A stretch of 64,000 bases of DNA from Octopus sinensis (GCF_006345805.1 NC_043001.1:28706001-28770000), one strand, 5' to 3'. Positions 1-12,302 are shown, numbered from the stretch's first letter. Made by a program: numbers and translations. The notes: a model not told the origin generated them from the sequence alone.

Positions 1-62
1 CTAGGCCAACCAGGTCTCGCTGCTGCTACTGCTGCTTCTGCTGCTGCTCGTAAGCTAACTAC
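1..62 (+). CDS. Candidate coding exon A (5'-truncated by window) of an unidentified gene; LGQPGLAAATAASAAA(RKLT)
   Basis: Open frame 1 with Ala-rich codons. Two donors: GTAAGC at 50 (phase 1) and GTCAGT at 63 (phase 2). Both phases match downstream exons. Confidence 0.6.
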
Positions 63-314
63 GTCAGTGACTTTTAATATAAGAAAGACACCATAATCAG
101 TTTATATTTAACACTCCCCAACTAAATACCAGTTGACTAATTATTGGTCACCAGTCAATTGCCTTTCGTTCCTTCATTTCTCACAGGATAGGAAATTTCA
201 TATAGAACAAAATGAAATGAACTGTAAATGAAAGCAAAAAGCAAAAAAAAAAACGCACACACTGTGTCACATATAAACCTACAAGGACAAATACACATGT
301 ACACAAACACACAC

Positions 315-346
<32 letters not shown>

Positions 347-359
347 CAAATTTCGTCAG

Positions 360-413
360 GGAAGCTGTGGCACTGCATATGACCTTTGCAGGTCTTCGCA
401 CACAGGCACAGTG
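360..413 (+). CDS. Candidate 54-nt symmetric (phase 2-2) cassette exon B; (T)EAVALHMTFAGLRTQAQ(W)
   Basis: Poly-T tract 319-346 and TCAG acceptor ending at 359. GTAAGA donor at 414. Open in the frame set by the donor at 63. Length is a multiple of 3. Confidence 0.6.
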
Positions 414-660
414 GTAAGACTGCTGCAACAGATGCGCCCAGCTTAAAGAAGGAAAATATAGGCAGAGGGGGAAGTTGGGAATCTGATCTGACTGCATGAC
501 AGGGGGAATCTCTGAAAAGCACCCCAAGGACCAGATGAATGTTTTTAAACCGGATGGTGGTAGGTTAGGCCTACTCCTTCATCACACTTAAGGGCAAACG
601 CACATACAATTCATAAAGCAATGGGGACATTCAAATTTACATCAATTTTTGATTTTGCAG

Positions 661-680
661 GAGGCAAAGAATGAATATTT
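661..680 (+). CDS. Candidate 20-nt micro-exon C (phase 2-1); (W)RQRMNI
   Basis: TTTTTGATTTTGCAG acceptor ending at 660. GTAAGA donor at 681. Restores the phase-1 exit of the short exon A form (13+54+20=87 nt; 13+20=33 nt). Confidence 0.55.
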
Positions 681-734
681 GTAAGACACAGAAAGAGAGA
701 GAGTGAGATGGAGATCGAGAGAGTGAGAGCATGT

Positions 735-756
735 TAGTGTGTGTGTGTGTGTGTGT

Positions 757-807
<51 letters not shown>
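735..807 (+). repeat. (GT)n microsatellite
   Basis: Direct reading. Confidence 0.95.
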
Positions 808-813
<6 letters not shown>

Positions 814-899
814 TTGCATGCGTGAGTAAGTGCAGGTAAATAAATATATGAGAGTCAAGAATGAATGAGCAAGTGAGAAAGGCAGAAGTGTGTGAATGT

Positions 900-1305
900 G
901 AGAGAGAAAGAGAGAAGAGAGAGACAAAGAGAGGGAGAGGGAGAGAGACAAGGAGAGGGGGGAGAAAGAGACAAGGAGAGAGAGAGACAAGAGAGGAGAC
1001 AGAGAGAGACGAGAGAGAGAGAGAGAGACAAGGGAAGAGGGAGAGAAAGAGACAAGGAGAGAGAGAGAGAGAGAGAGAGACAAGGAGAGAGAGAGAGAGA
1101 GACAGGAGAGAGAGAGAGACAAGGAGAGAGAGAGACAAGGAGAGAGAGAGAGACAGTGAGAGGGAGAGAGAGACAGTGAGAGGGAGAGAGAGGTACTTTG
1201 AGAAGGAAAGAGACAAGGAGAAGGAGAGAGACAAGAGAAGAGACAGAGAGAGACAAGAGACAGAACGAGAGAGAGAGAGAGAGACAAGGGAAGAGGGAGG
1301 TGGGA
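900..1305 (+). repeat. GA-rich compound microsatellite (GAGA/GACAAG units)
   Basis: Direct reading. Source of the spurious SLSLSL and ERERER ORFs. Confidence 0.95.
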
Positions 1306-1405
1306 GAGAATTAATGAATATGTAGATGAATGAGAAAGCAGTACTGAGTGTCAAAAGAGAGAGAAAATTAAATACATAAGAGTATGGGAGAGAGACAATC
1401 AATGA

Positions 1406-1445
<40 letters not shown>

Positions 1446-1595
1446 ACACATGCATAGCTCTGGTTAAGTTGACTGCAAGAGGCAAATCACTGGGTTGAGT
1501 GTTTTGATGTAACAATGAAGGCCATCAGGTGGAAAAGAATCTTGACATTAAGTGCCTTGCATACAAAGACTACAAACAGACGGGACAGACAGACA

Positions 1596-1629
<34 letters not shown>

Positions 1630-1929
1630 CATATATTCATTCAAGTGCAGCCACTTATGTGTATGCATCACTCACACACACATACATTCACATACCTCTA
1701 AATCTGCAAACAAACATGCATATTCTTTTTCATGGTGATGAGGAAGCAGGCCAACGTCTACTGACTTGTAAATCCATCTAATATCCTTTCGTTCAGGCTT
1801 AACAGCCCTTCCCTTTGTGTTACTGTTATTTTCCTTGTCCTGTCTTTTACTGTTTTTTTATTTGTATTGTTTTTACTGTCCTGTTTTTTTTGTTACCACT
1901 TTTACCCCTCCGCAAAAAATCCCAAATTT

Positions 1930-2155
1930 TATTTAATTTGCTTCGCGGGAAGGACTGTTTCAATGGAGTCGTGTCTCGCCTTTACCTTCGAAACACGGAG
2001 TAGACAAAGCAGGGGCAGCTGAAGAAGGGGAATTTTCCTTGTGTTGTATGTCTTGTACTTGGTTTTTCGTTGTTTAAAATAATATCTGTTTCCATGGTTT
2101 TGTTTTTATTTTTCGTTTCTCATTGTGTTCGACGTTTTTTTGGTGTCCTGTACCC
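1930..2155 (+). mobile_element. Decayed Penelope-like (PLE) terminal fragment
   Basis: Partial hammerhead-like pieces (TGTC...GAAACACGGAGTAGACA; CTGAAGA plus hairpin), a T/G-rich tail, and a TA-rich microsatellite at the end. Confidence 0.35.
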
Positions 2156-2489
2156 ATATATGCATGTATATATACATATAGATGTAAGTACGTACATATA
2201 TGTATGTATATATGCATATATTTTATTTATTATTTTGTTATTAATATATAGCAAGTTGGCTTGATTCAGCCAGTCTCTTTCAAAGCTATAATTAAAGAAG
2301 AAGAGAGTTGAATTCATCAATGCTACCACAGCTTCCAGCTGCGAGTTATCCCTCTCCTACAATACCTACTTACAGAAAGACGGTTCATTGGTCCATTTAG
2401 AACTTAAATGTATTGGTCATAGACACAAAACACTTCAGACAAAATGATATTATCTAACAACTTTCAGTTACTTATCTCATGTCCTGTAG

Positions 2490-2710
2490 CCCTTTAGTGC
2501 TCAGCTTAATCTGTTAAATGTAATACATTTTTCACTCAAATTGTTTTGAATTAATCATACATTATCTTACAGCTTTGAAGTTTCAATGGTGTGATAGTTT
2601 ATTCTTAGAATGTCAATGTGGGTTAGGTGTGGGAGGCTAGATATGGCCAGTTTGAATGTAAAACATGTAGAATATTTGGGCCGGACATGGCCGGCTTAAA
2701 CACCAAAGGG
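2490..2710 (+). mobile_element. TTAA-type (piggyBac-like) MITE family 2, decayed
   Basis: CCCTTTAG...CCAAAGGG termini. Homologous to 17504, 24846 and 53272. Confidence 0.7.
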
Positions 2711-3215
2711 ATAGACTCAGTTATCCGCATTTATTTTCCATGCTGAAATGCAAAATTAATGTAAAATCTCATGCCTGTGATACACCACCATTATGGAGGA
2801 ATCTATTCATCTTGCAAGACCATGAGTTACAATTACTGCTTCAGTTTTGTTGGTGATACAGCATCTCCTGTGACTGGAGACTCACATGTGATTGACAATC
2901 ATGGCTACAGTAACTGCTTTTAAGACAATCTACTAGTCTTGTTCTAGTACAGTATTTTTTCTTTTTTTCTTTTGTTGCTTTATTTCCATCAGCAAGTTTT
3001 AGTCTCTTCTCTTGTCTTTTTAAATTCCTACCTACTTGTAGCATCTAGTGCAACCAATCACCAGCAACGTTCTTCTACCATTCAATGGTTGTGTAAAAAG
3101 AATTTGAATCTCTTTTGCACACATGCTTAAAATAACGCTAGTGTCACACTTCTGTGTTCTTACTGGAGAGCAGCATGTGTCATATTGAGAGACAGCTATA
3201 TATCATCATCTTTCA

Positions 3216-3565
3216 TCATCATCATCGTTTAACGTCCGTTTTCCGTGCTAGCACAGGTTGGACGGTTCAACTGGGGTCTGGGAAGCCAGGAGGCTGCACC
3301 AGGCTCCAGTCTGATCTAGCAGTGTTTCTACAGCTGGATGCCCTTCCTAACGCCAACCACTTCATGAGTGTAGTGGGTGCTTTTTACGTGCCACTGGCAC
3401 AGGTGCCGGGGGGGTTAAGGGGGCCGACAGCGGCAACGATCAGTAGGTGCTTTTTACGTGCCACCGGCACAGAAGCCAGTCAAGGCGGCGCTGGCATTGG
3501 CCACGTTCGGATGGTGCTTTTTATGTGCCACCAGCACAGGTATCACAACTACAATTTCCATTTGA
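3216..3565 (-). mobile_element. RTE-LINE 3'UTR-derived element (three hairpin modules)
   Basis: Reverse complement of the GTTGGCGTTAGGAAGGGCATCCAGCTGTAGAAA...(GAT)n tail seen on the LINE ending near 47908. Confidence 0.85.
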
Positions 3566-4387
3566 TAATGCCTGTTTTTTTTCATGCTGGCCTAGAATGG
3601 ACAGTTTTATCTGAGGCAGCAAGCATACATGATACTTCTCATATATCTGATGATCTTATTGATTACATTCAAAACTGCTAATAAATTAAGACTGAAAATC
3701 TAGTAAAAAAAAAAAAATTTACTCATTGCTTTTATTGTTGACAAACATATTTTGCATTCTTTGTCATGCACAAATAAACACTACGATGGAAATATTTAAA
3801 TTTGCAATAAAAAAAATATACATTCATATGTCACCATGGGAAAACAAATGTAATGATAGCAAAAAGAAATATTAAAATATAAAACAGAAAAATAAATACA
3901 TCTGTACTCTCACAGATCTCCAGTCTACTCCACTAATGTTTACATCTGGTTTTAGTGACATTAAATAAATGAAAGATAAATACTCCCTCTTCCCTTGAAT
4001 TTTTTTTTTTTTATTTTCCATTGCTTAGTCACAGGAAAAAAGTTTACCCTTGACCTTTGCAGAGTTTTAGAAACTGGTGGAAAGGGAATGAGTGGAAAAA
4101 ATTATAACTCATCACATTGTCTGTCTAGCCAGAAGATTCCCACAGTCTCCTTTTATCCAGCGTTATTTACAAGGCTTTGAGTCAACATAACAAATATGGT
4201 AAATGACACTTGTTCTGAAGTACCCCTAGGACTACTGGATTATAAAACACATAACCAGTAACTTTTTCTTTTCTGAGGGGTTGTAATCCAACATATTAGT
4301 GGAACATTGTTGCTATTGTTTACAACCAAAGGTTACAAGCAGAATACATTTGTCAACAACAAAAACACACAATTTTACTCTGCTGGA

Positions 4388-4640
4388 TCATCATCATCAT
4401 CATCATTTAGCGTCCGCTTTCCATGCTAGCATGGGTTGGACGGTTCAACTGGGGTCTGGGAAGCCAGAAGGCTGCACCAGGCCCAGTCTGATCTGACAAT
4501 GTTTCTACAGCTGGATGCCCTTCCTAACGCCAACCACTCAGTGAGTGTAGTGGGTGCTTGTTACGTGCCAGACGGGGCTGGCAATGGCCACTATCGGATG
4601 GTGCTTTTTACGTGCTACCGGCAGGGGGGCCCGTTGGGCC
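4388..4640 (-). mobile_element. RTE-LINE 3'UTR-derived element
   Basis: Same tail family as 3216. Confidence 0.85.
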
Positions 4641-5218
4641 TAATTTATTAGTAAATATGAATGCAAGCAATAAGATTATTAAATATATGAAAGGTTTTAT
4701 GTATGCATAAGAAGCAGATCTATTCATTTAGATACATAAAATATTAACTCATGCTAATGAAAGGGCCTCTACATTGTTACTAGAGATGGCTACAAGTCCA
4801 TGCGGCAAACCTGCCCAACCATGGAAAAACATGATGACAATGAAATGAAGATTACAAGAAAGAGAACCCAATTATATCCAAAGACCTAGTCTTCGGTAAC
4901 AATTTTTAGGAACAGAGGCATTGACATTCTCCATGAGTGATAACTGTTATTAGTTTTACAAAACATGGAGACGAAATAGAAAGATGGACTCAGAGGAATT
5001 TGAATTCAGAATATAGAAGGACAATGAGGATTGATATTTAAATGGTGGAGAGAAATAAGGTTAGATGAAGTGGGGGGAAAGAAGAGAAAAAACCTGGAGC
5101 AGCCGTAAATTACTTCTTCAATTTGAAAATTTCAGAATAAGAAAAAAATGGAAAATAAGGATAACTCAGCAAAGTTTATTGGAAAACATCAGCAAACAAA
5201 TAAAGTTTCATTTTTTAA

Positions 5219-5539
5219 GGAGCAATCCATTGGATACAATGACGAGGGTCCCAGCTGATACGATCAACGGAACAGCTTGCTCGTGAAATTAACGTACAAG
5301 TGACTTAGCATTTCACAAACACGTGTACCCTTAACATAGTTCTCAGGGAGATTCAGCATGACACAGAGTGTGACAAGGCTGGCCCTTTGAAATACAGGTA
5401 CTACTCATTTATGCCAACTGAGTGGACTGGAGCAATGTGAAATAAAGTGTCTTGCTCAAGGACACAACACGTCGCCAGGGATTGAACTCACGACCTTACA
5501 ATCGTGAGCCAAATGCCCAAACCACTAAGCCACGTGCCT
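5219..5539 (-). mobile_element. tRNA-headed SINE with CORE-like segment and distinct 3' tail
   Basis: Minus strand: A-box TGGCTTAGTGG, B-box-like GAGTTCAATCC, and CORE-like TGTGTCCTTGAGCAAGACACTT...CCAGTCCACTCAG. Confidence 0.8.
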
Positions 5540-5609
5540 TCATTAAAAACATCAGAACGCTGCCATGTGCGATCCATTGGTTACATGTAATACATCTGGA
5601 CGATACAAT

Positions 5610-5975
5610 ACAATAAAGGATGAAGGATGACCTCAGAATGCTGAACCTTTCAGACAAGCTAACAAAGGACCGAGATGTGTGATGCTTTGCTGTACTCAAG
5701 AAAACCCATACTCTACAGCAGAACTGGTAAAGAGGATTGACTTGCAAGAGTCTTGTGCCAGTACCATGCAAAAAGTACTTGTGCCAGTGCCACATAAAAG
5801 CACCCAGCATACTCTGTAAAGGGGTTGGTGTTACGAAGGGTATCCAGCAATAGGAACCATGCCCAATCAGACTGGAGTCTGGTGCAGTTTTCCAGCTTGC
5901 CAGCCCTGGTCAAACCGTCCAATTCACGTCAGCATGAACAACAGATGTTAAATGACAATGATGATGATGATGAAA
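5610..5975 (+). mobile_element. 5'-truncated RTE LINE (ORF2 C-terminus plus 3'UTR)
   Basis: KDDLRMLNLSDKLTKDRDV resembles the ORF2 end at 47380-47460. Same tail and (GAT)n. Confidence 0.7.
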
Positions 5976-6216
5976 TTGTGCCATCTGGTTCGCCAGTCCT
6001 CAGTCAAATCGTCTAACCCATTCCAGCATAGAAAGCGGACATTAAATGATGATGATGATAAAGATTTTTTTTTTTTCCTGTTTTTCAGCTATTTTCAGAA
6101 AGACTTTTTTGCCCCCCTAACCCCTACCCGTACAATTTCTTCATTTTTCATTTTCTTCCATAACTCTAACTCTAAAACCTTAAAACCAGTACAAATGCAC
6201 GAATGATGTCATTAAC

Positions 6217-6460
6217 AACAGTGACAAACGAAATATACACTGCCAATAATTGTTGTTGACAAACAACAGCAGTAATTTTATTCAGCTGAATACACATCAT
6301 TGATTGGTTGAAATTACCGAAATATGACAACTTTAACACGAAATAATTTCATAAATATAAACTTTTCTCAGAAATGCTAAGAGTAAAAGATGTCTTATAT
6401 GGCACAGTCTACCAGCGTCCAAAGTTTGAAAGCGCTTAGTTACAAAAAATTAATTTCTCG
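6217..6460 (+). repeat. Unclassified interspersed repeat (second copy 60931-61180)
   Basis: About 240 bp of clear homology between the two loci. Confidence 0.75.
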
Positions 6461-6663
6461 ATCTGCCATTGCTGTGCTTAATCAGGAAGTTGTTCCTTGT
6501 AGTGCCATCAATGCGCTGCAAGCATATGATATATAATGATGATGGCACACACCCACTAACGACAACAACAATATACACCTCCAGTATCATAATTTATCAT
6601 CAATATCTTTCTCCAGTCACATAATTCAGCAATATAATACCAATTGCCATCATTCCCAATTAA

Positions 6664-6883
6664 TCCTTTCGTTACCAACCCAGCTGAAATCGGCTCTGTC
6701 TCTGAGTACAAATGTCTTGTTTTCATAAGCTTTGAATTAAAATCTTCCACCAAACCTTAGTCACAATTTATGTTCCTAACACTAGTTTCATGATAACTAA
6801 GCTATTTTACTAAATTCTTTGTTATATTTAAAGTAATTGAAAGAAACACAAAGCATCTCAAAATAAGTACAGTAACGAAAGGG
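6664..6883 (+). mobile_element. TTAA-type (piggyBac-like) MITE family 1
   Basis: TTAA at 6660-6663 and 6884-6887. TIR (C)CCTTTCGTTAC / GTAACGAAAGGG. Confidence 0.85.
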
Positions 6884-7590
6884 TTAAACCATTTTACAAT
6901 ATTTTCCTTCAGACACATTTTCCTCTTTTCACTTAGTTTGTCAATGTTCTTCTCTTGGCACATGAGTCTTTATTGTTATCATCATCACCACCAAAATGAT
7001 CCACATCTAATGATAACAATATGACCATCACTCACAACCACAGTGATACTCACTAACATAATTTGATAACATTTGAAATCATGGATTACACTTAACATAT
7101 ATACACACACAAAAACACACACACACACACACAAAACTTGATAAAAACAGTCATAAAACAACACTTAAAAAGTAGCTTGCATCCTGTTACACTTCATGAT
7201 GCTCCAGGTAAAGTATATGAAAGTATCATATCACCACTAGCTTTCCTCTGTCCAAATATGGCTCACAAACTCATCTATCTAACCATTACACTACTCTTAA
7301 GTGACCTCCATAAGAAATTTTTTTTTTAAATAAATAAAAACCACTGCAACACCACAAACCACATCACAAAAGTTTAAATTTGGTCCCTAGGAATCACTCA
7401 TCAAAAAATAATGATCCAAATAAACTGGAGATATTTCGGAAATATTTTGATGGTAGTGAGTCAAATTACACTCTCACACAGGATACCAATCCCCCATGTA
7501 TACATGTCATTTACCAACATATCCTCTTAGATCTAATGTTTCTTGAGTATCTAGTCGTATTCTCCACAGACAACATCCTATTTTTTCTAG

Positions 7591-7718
7591 ACTGTGTATA
7601 CTTGACATCCTGTGTAGATGGTGACATCACAATCTCATCTCCTCATACCATACAAAGCATAAGAAGGAAAAAAAAATCAGGTGACACAATAATACTAAAG
7701 GTGCAAGCATGGTTCTAG
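7591..7718 (+). CDS. Possible alternative phase-1 exon D; xCVYLTSCVDGDITISSPHTIQSIRRKKKSGDTIILKVQAWF*
   Basis: TTTTTTCTAG acceptor ending at 7590. Only the phase-1 frame is open. Shares LTSC[VI]D with exon E. Donors are weak (7621, 7681, 7701) and the last codons overlap a SINE head. Confidence 0.3.
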
Positions 7719-8035
7719 TTTCAATCCCACTGTGTAATACCTTGGGCAAGTGTCTTTTACTATAGCGCCAGGCCAACCAAAACCTTGTGAATAGATTTGA
7801 TAGACAGAAACTGAAAGAAACCCATCCTCTGTGTGCGTGTGTGTGTGTCCGCCACCACCATGTGACAACCAGTGTCAGTTTGTTTATGTCCCTGTAACTT
7901 AGCATTTTGGCAAAAAGAGACCAATAGAATACTAGGCTTAAAAAATATATAAGTATAGGGGTCAATTTGGCTAAGTCATTGAAAGCAGTCTCCCGGTGTA
8001 GCTGCAGTCTAAAGACTGAAACAAGTGGGGAAAAA
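7706..8035 (+). mobile_element. CORE-type tRNA SINE family A, decayed
   Basis: CCTTGGGCAAGTGTCTT core plus family A body and tail. Confidence 0.75.
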
Positions 8036-8441
8036 GACAAAAGAAAAATACAAGGATAGTTACATGCAATAGTGAATAATAATCTAACATTATACAACAT
8101 TACATTCAGTAATGACACCATTTTGAAAACCGGACCAATCACCAATCAGGCAAAAAAAGAAGAAAAACCAATCAAATTTCCTTCAACTCACATCCTGTCT
8201 ATCTTAAAGAGAGAAAACATACCAGACGACCAGTATTTATAAAAAAAAGGAAAAAACAGGATAGTCAGAGTGGAAACGCTTTTGATCATAGATCTTACTC
8301 AGAAAGAGCTGACCAGGATCTAAACAGCAAAAGCAAACAATTAAAACACTGGATATTGTATGCAACACATTAAAACCATTTACACAGAACCACAAGACAC
8401 AACGTCTACCTACACATGACACAATGTCTAAAGTGTGACAA

Positions 8442-8650
8442 AGGCAGTGAGCTGGCAGAATCATTACTGCACCAGGTAAAATGCTTAGAGGCATTATTAA
8501 GCTCTGTGTTCGAATTCTGCCGTGGTTGGCTTTGCTTTACATCCTTTTGGGGTTGGTAAAATAAGTACTAATTAGGCACTGGGATTGTTGCAACGGATTT
8601 ACCCTTCCCCCCCAAATTGCTGGCATTGTGCCAAAATGTGAAACCAATAT
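8442..8650 (+). mobile_element. SINE family B (Deu/Nin-like central domain)
   Basis: GGCAGTGAGCTGGCAGAA head and GCTTT.CATCCTTTTGGGGT.G.TAAAATAAGTAC domain. Confidence 0.75.
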
Positions 8651-8651
8651 C

Positions 8652-9045
8652 TTACTCTTTACTCTTTTACTTGTTTCAGTCATTTGACTGCGGCCATGCT
8701 GGAGCACTGCCTTTAGTCAAGCAAATCGACCCCGGGACTTATTCTTTGTAAGCCCAGTACTTATTCTATCGGTCTCTTTTGCCAAATCGCGAAATGACGG
8801 GGATGTAAACACACCAGCATCGGTTGTCAAGCAATGCTAGGGGGACAAACACACACACATACATATATATATGCATATATACAACAGGCTTCTTTCAGTT
8901 TCCGTCTACCAAATCCACTCACAAGGCATTGGTCAGCCCGAGGCTATAGCAGAAGACACTTGCCCAAGATGCCACGCAGTGGGACTGAACCCGGAACCAT
9001 GTAGTTGGTTAGCAAGCTACTTACCACACAGCCACTCCTGCGCCT
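8652..9045 (-). mobile_element. CORE-type tRNA SINE family A, full length, young subfamily
   Basis: Reverse complement of the 18172 and 26265 copies. A-box TGGCTGTGTGG, B-box-like GGTTCAGTCCC, internal (TA)n(TG)n, (GTAAAAGA)n tail. Resembles octopus OR-type CORE-SINEs. Confidence 0.9.
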
Positions 9046-9970
9046 ATTCTGAAGTATTCTTTTATTTGTTTTAATCATTTGACTGCAGCCATGCTGGAGC
9101 ACCTATTCAGTAAAACAAATCGACCCCAGGACTTATTCTTTGTAAGACTAGGACTTATTCTTTGTAAGACTAGTACTTATTCTATCGGTTTCTTTTGCCG
9201 AACTGCTAAGTTACAGGGACATATATGCACCAACATCAATTGTCAAGTGATGGTGGGCGACAAACACAGACACACAAACACACACACACATTAATTTACT
9301 GTATAAATTACCTATAAATTTTTATAGCATGCTGACTACCTAATAAAAATCATTAACATGATTTTTATCCTTATATTCTATAATGAATTAATATGACAGG
9401 CTTCTTTCAGTTTCTGTCTACCAAATCCACTCACAAGGCTTCAGTCAGCTCAAGGCTATAGTAGAAAACACTTACTCAAGGTACCACGCAGTGGGACTGA
9501 ACCCAGAAATGTAGTCGGTAAGCAAGCTACTTACCACACAGCCATGCCTGTGCCTATGGCAATAGATAAAGTGTATACAAGCAATTACTGAGTGTAGAGA
9601 CAGCAGCATACTTAAGAACTCTGGGTTTAATTCTGCTGGGCAGTTACTTAGGCCAATGCAAGGCTACCTTTTAGTTGTTTTAGTTATTGGACTGTGGTCA
9701 TATTGGGGCAATGCCAAATTGACCTTAGTACTTATTTTTAAGTCAAAAAGTACCAATATTGTCATGTGGTGGCTGAAGACAAATACACACACATACATGA
9801 TGCGCTGCTACACAGTTTTTGTCTGCCACCTACCAAATTCACTCACAAAGCATTGATCAGCCCTGGCTTAATTGATCAACCCTCCTGCCCTATTTAGTCC
9901 ATTGAGAATGGACTACATACAACAGGAAGAAATGCATGGGATGGAGAGTTGCTGAAGAGGTAACAGGACA

Positions 9971-10346
9971 TACTCTCTTTTACTCTTACTTGTTTCAGTC
10001 ATTTGACTGAGGCCATGCTGGAGCATCGACACCAGGACTTATTCTTTGTAAGCCTAGTACTTATTCTGAGACTCTTTTGCCAAACCACTTAGTTATGGGG
10101 ACGTAAACACACCAGTGTTAGTTTGTCAAGCGATGTTGTGGGGGGACAAACACAGACACACAAACATGCACACACTCATATATATACATATATACAATGG
10201 GCTTCTTTCAGTTTCCGTCTACCAAATCCACTCACAAGGCTTTGGTCAGCCCGAGGCTATAGTAGAAGTTACTTCCCCAAAGTGCCATGCAGTGGGACTG
10301 AACTTGAAACCATATGGTTGGTAAGCAAGCTACTTACCACACAGCC
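9971..10346 (-). mobile_element. SINE family A
   Basis: Homology to family A. Confidence 0.85.
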
Positions 10347-10769
10347 AAAAGATTTCAAACAAAGGATACTAAAGGAATAATAATAAAGCTAAAGTGAAGA
10401 ATGAGTATATAGTGCATGTGGTTAATTGAAAAGAAGGAAGGAAGGAAGAAAGGGGAGGGGGGGAGGAAGGAAGGAAGAAAGGGGAGGAAGGAAGGAAGTG
10501 ACCCACCCCCAAAATAATATCTGTTTCAATACACGATTTCACATCAGAAATATTGCAAAACAAATATAAACTTAATGATTTCATACATTTGTACCTTTAC
10601 GTAGGAATTAATTCATTACTTACTTTGGGAATTATGTGGAAGTTTGTTTTGCCAAATGAGACCAGAATAATACTGAAACATGTCCAGAATTACCTCCCTC
10701 ATCAATAAAAACATTAGCAACTGGTTAATATCCTTTTTCCTCATAACACTTCGATGCTCCAGGCATTTA

Positions 10770-10990
10770 TCCTTTTGATAACAACCCACCAGAGATTACT
10801 CCTGCTTCCATGATACAGGCTTCCTATTTTAAAGGGATTTAAATTTAAACCTTCCACCAAAATTTCATGTTTGTTTATGTTCCAAACCCCAGCTTAATAA
10901 TGATATAATTATTTTGCTAAGTTCTTCATTCTTTTCAAAATTAATTAAAACAGAAGCAGTGGATTTCAACAAAAATTTGGTAATAAAAAA
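10770..10990 (+). mobile_element. Diverged relative of TTAA MITE family 1
   Basis: Shares AAACCTTCCACCAAA...TTATGTTCC.AAC body. Decayed TIRs. Confidence 0.55.
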
Positions 10991-11572
10991 GCAAAGCAGT
11001 CAAGTGCTTATCCTCTGTGCTGGGTCACCAATAAATCTCCAGTTATTTCACTTGATAACCCTAAGTCCACATACATTGAATGGAACTATAATCAAAAGCA
11101 TTCCAGCCACGACCATCATATCTATTAGATATTGTGGAACCTGGAATACATAATCCCATGTGTCTAAGTCTAGCTGGTAGAATCATTAGCAAGCTGGACA
11201 AACTGCTTAGCAGCATTTTTTGTGGCTTTATGTGCTTTATGTTCTGAGTTCAGATCTTACCAAGACCAACATTGCATCATGTCGTTTCAAGTTTAATAAA
11301 GTACCAGTGAACCAGCCAAAGACCAGTCAATGTGATTGACTAACCCCTTTCCCTGGAATTGCCGGCCTTGTGCCAAATTTCATTTTCATTTTTTTTTAAC
11401 TTATTTTTTATATTTTTTGTAGTCAGCAGTATGTGATTTGAGAGCAATTTGCCTACTACTTTTAATTGATCAAGCATGGAGGCCTCATTATTGCCAATCT
11501 TCATTTGTCTGCATTGAATATAACTATGCTTATTATGTCTACATTAATTATAATTACTATATTATAATTATA

Positions 11573-11981
11573 GGTAGTGGGTAGTGATTTTCTTCACTAC
11601 TTCAGGGAGTGACGACCCTACCTGACACGAGTCCCAGGCTCAGCTGGCTCCGACTGACAGTACCCAGTATGGGCCCCTATCCAAGGTTACGGAAAGGAGA
11701 CAACCTTCAAAGAAATCTGGAGTAGAGCCCTGTAAGTGGTTTAGTGTTTGACTCAACACTCTTCCAGCAGCTCCTGCAACCAAGCTGGTGCCAAACGTAA
11801 TGCTCTGCACTCCTTTGGACTACGTCAGCAACGTCGAGAGAGGAATCCTGACGATTGGGCTATCAGGATTTTCTTACATCTAGCCCAGGCCTGTGCAAAA
11901 CTGGAGAGGACATGAAATGTAAAAACCAGACTGGATTAGTTTATGCGCAACACTCTTGAGACTAAAGGATGCCAACAACAG
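11573..11981 (+). mobile_element. Short non-autonomous RTE-derived (bipartite 5'UTR+3' end) element
   Basis: Ends in GAGACTAAAGGATGCC(AAC)n, an RTE/BovB-type end. ATTATAATTA repeated at 11561-11570 and 11982-11991 (TSD-like). No tRNA head, no ORF. Confidence 0.6.
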
Positions 11982-12302
11982 ATTATAATTACTACCAAAC
12001 TACCAAAAATGAAACATTAAGCAAAATACCTAATTAGATGAAAAATAGGCTTACTGGTATGCATCAGTTCACATTGTGCATCTGATTATTACACTTACAG
12101 GACAAACACTGCCAAACAATTCATAAACAGAATGTATACTATTGCTGGCTTAATTAAAATATTACATAATTAACATGCTTAATCTGTGGATCATGCTCAA
12201 GCAAGTGATTCATTGTATCCATGCTACAAGTCTGTTAAAATAGGGTTAAATGTGTCAGACGGATGACAACAATTTTTAGTTATAGCAGCAGATTTTCTTT
12301 CA

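Noticed and set aside
637-1402. Long ORFs of 130-220 aa
   Set aside because: Translations of GA/CT and GT/CA microsatellites.
2771-2923. 50-aa ORF MPVIHHHYGG...YSNCF
   Set aside because: No acceptor, no recognisable homology, and length within chance expectation.
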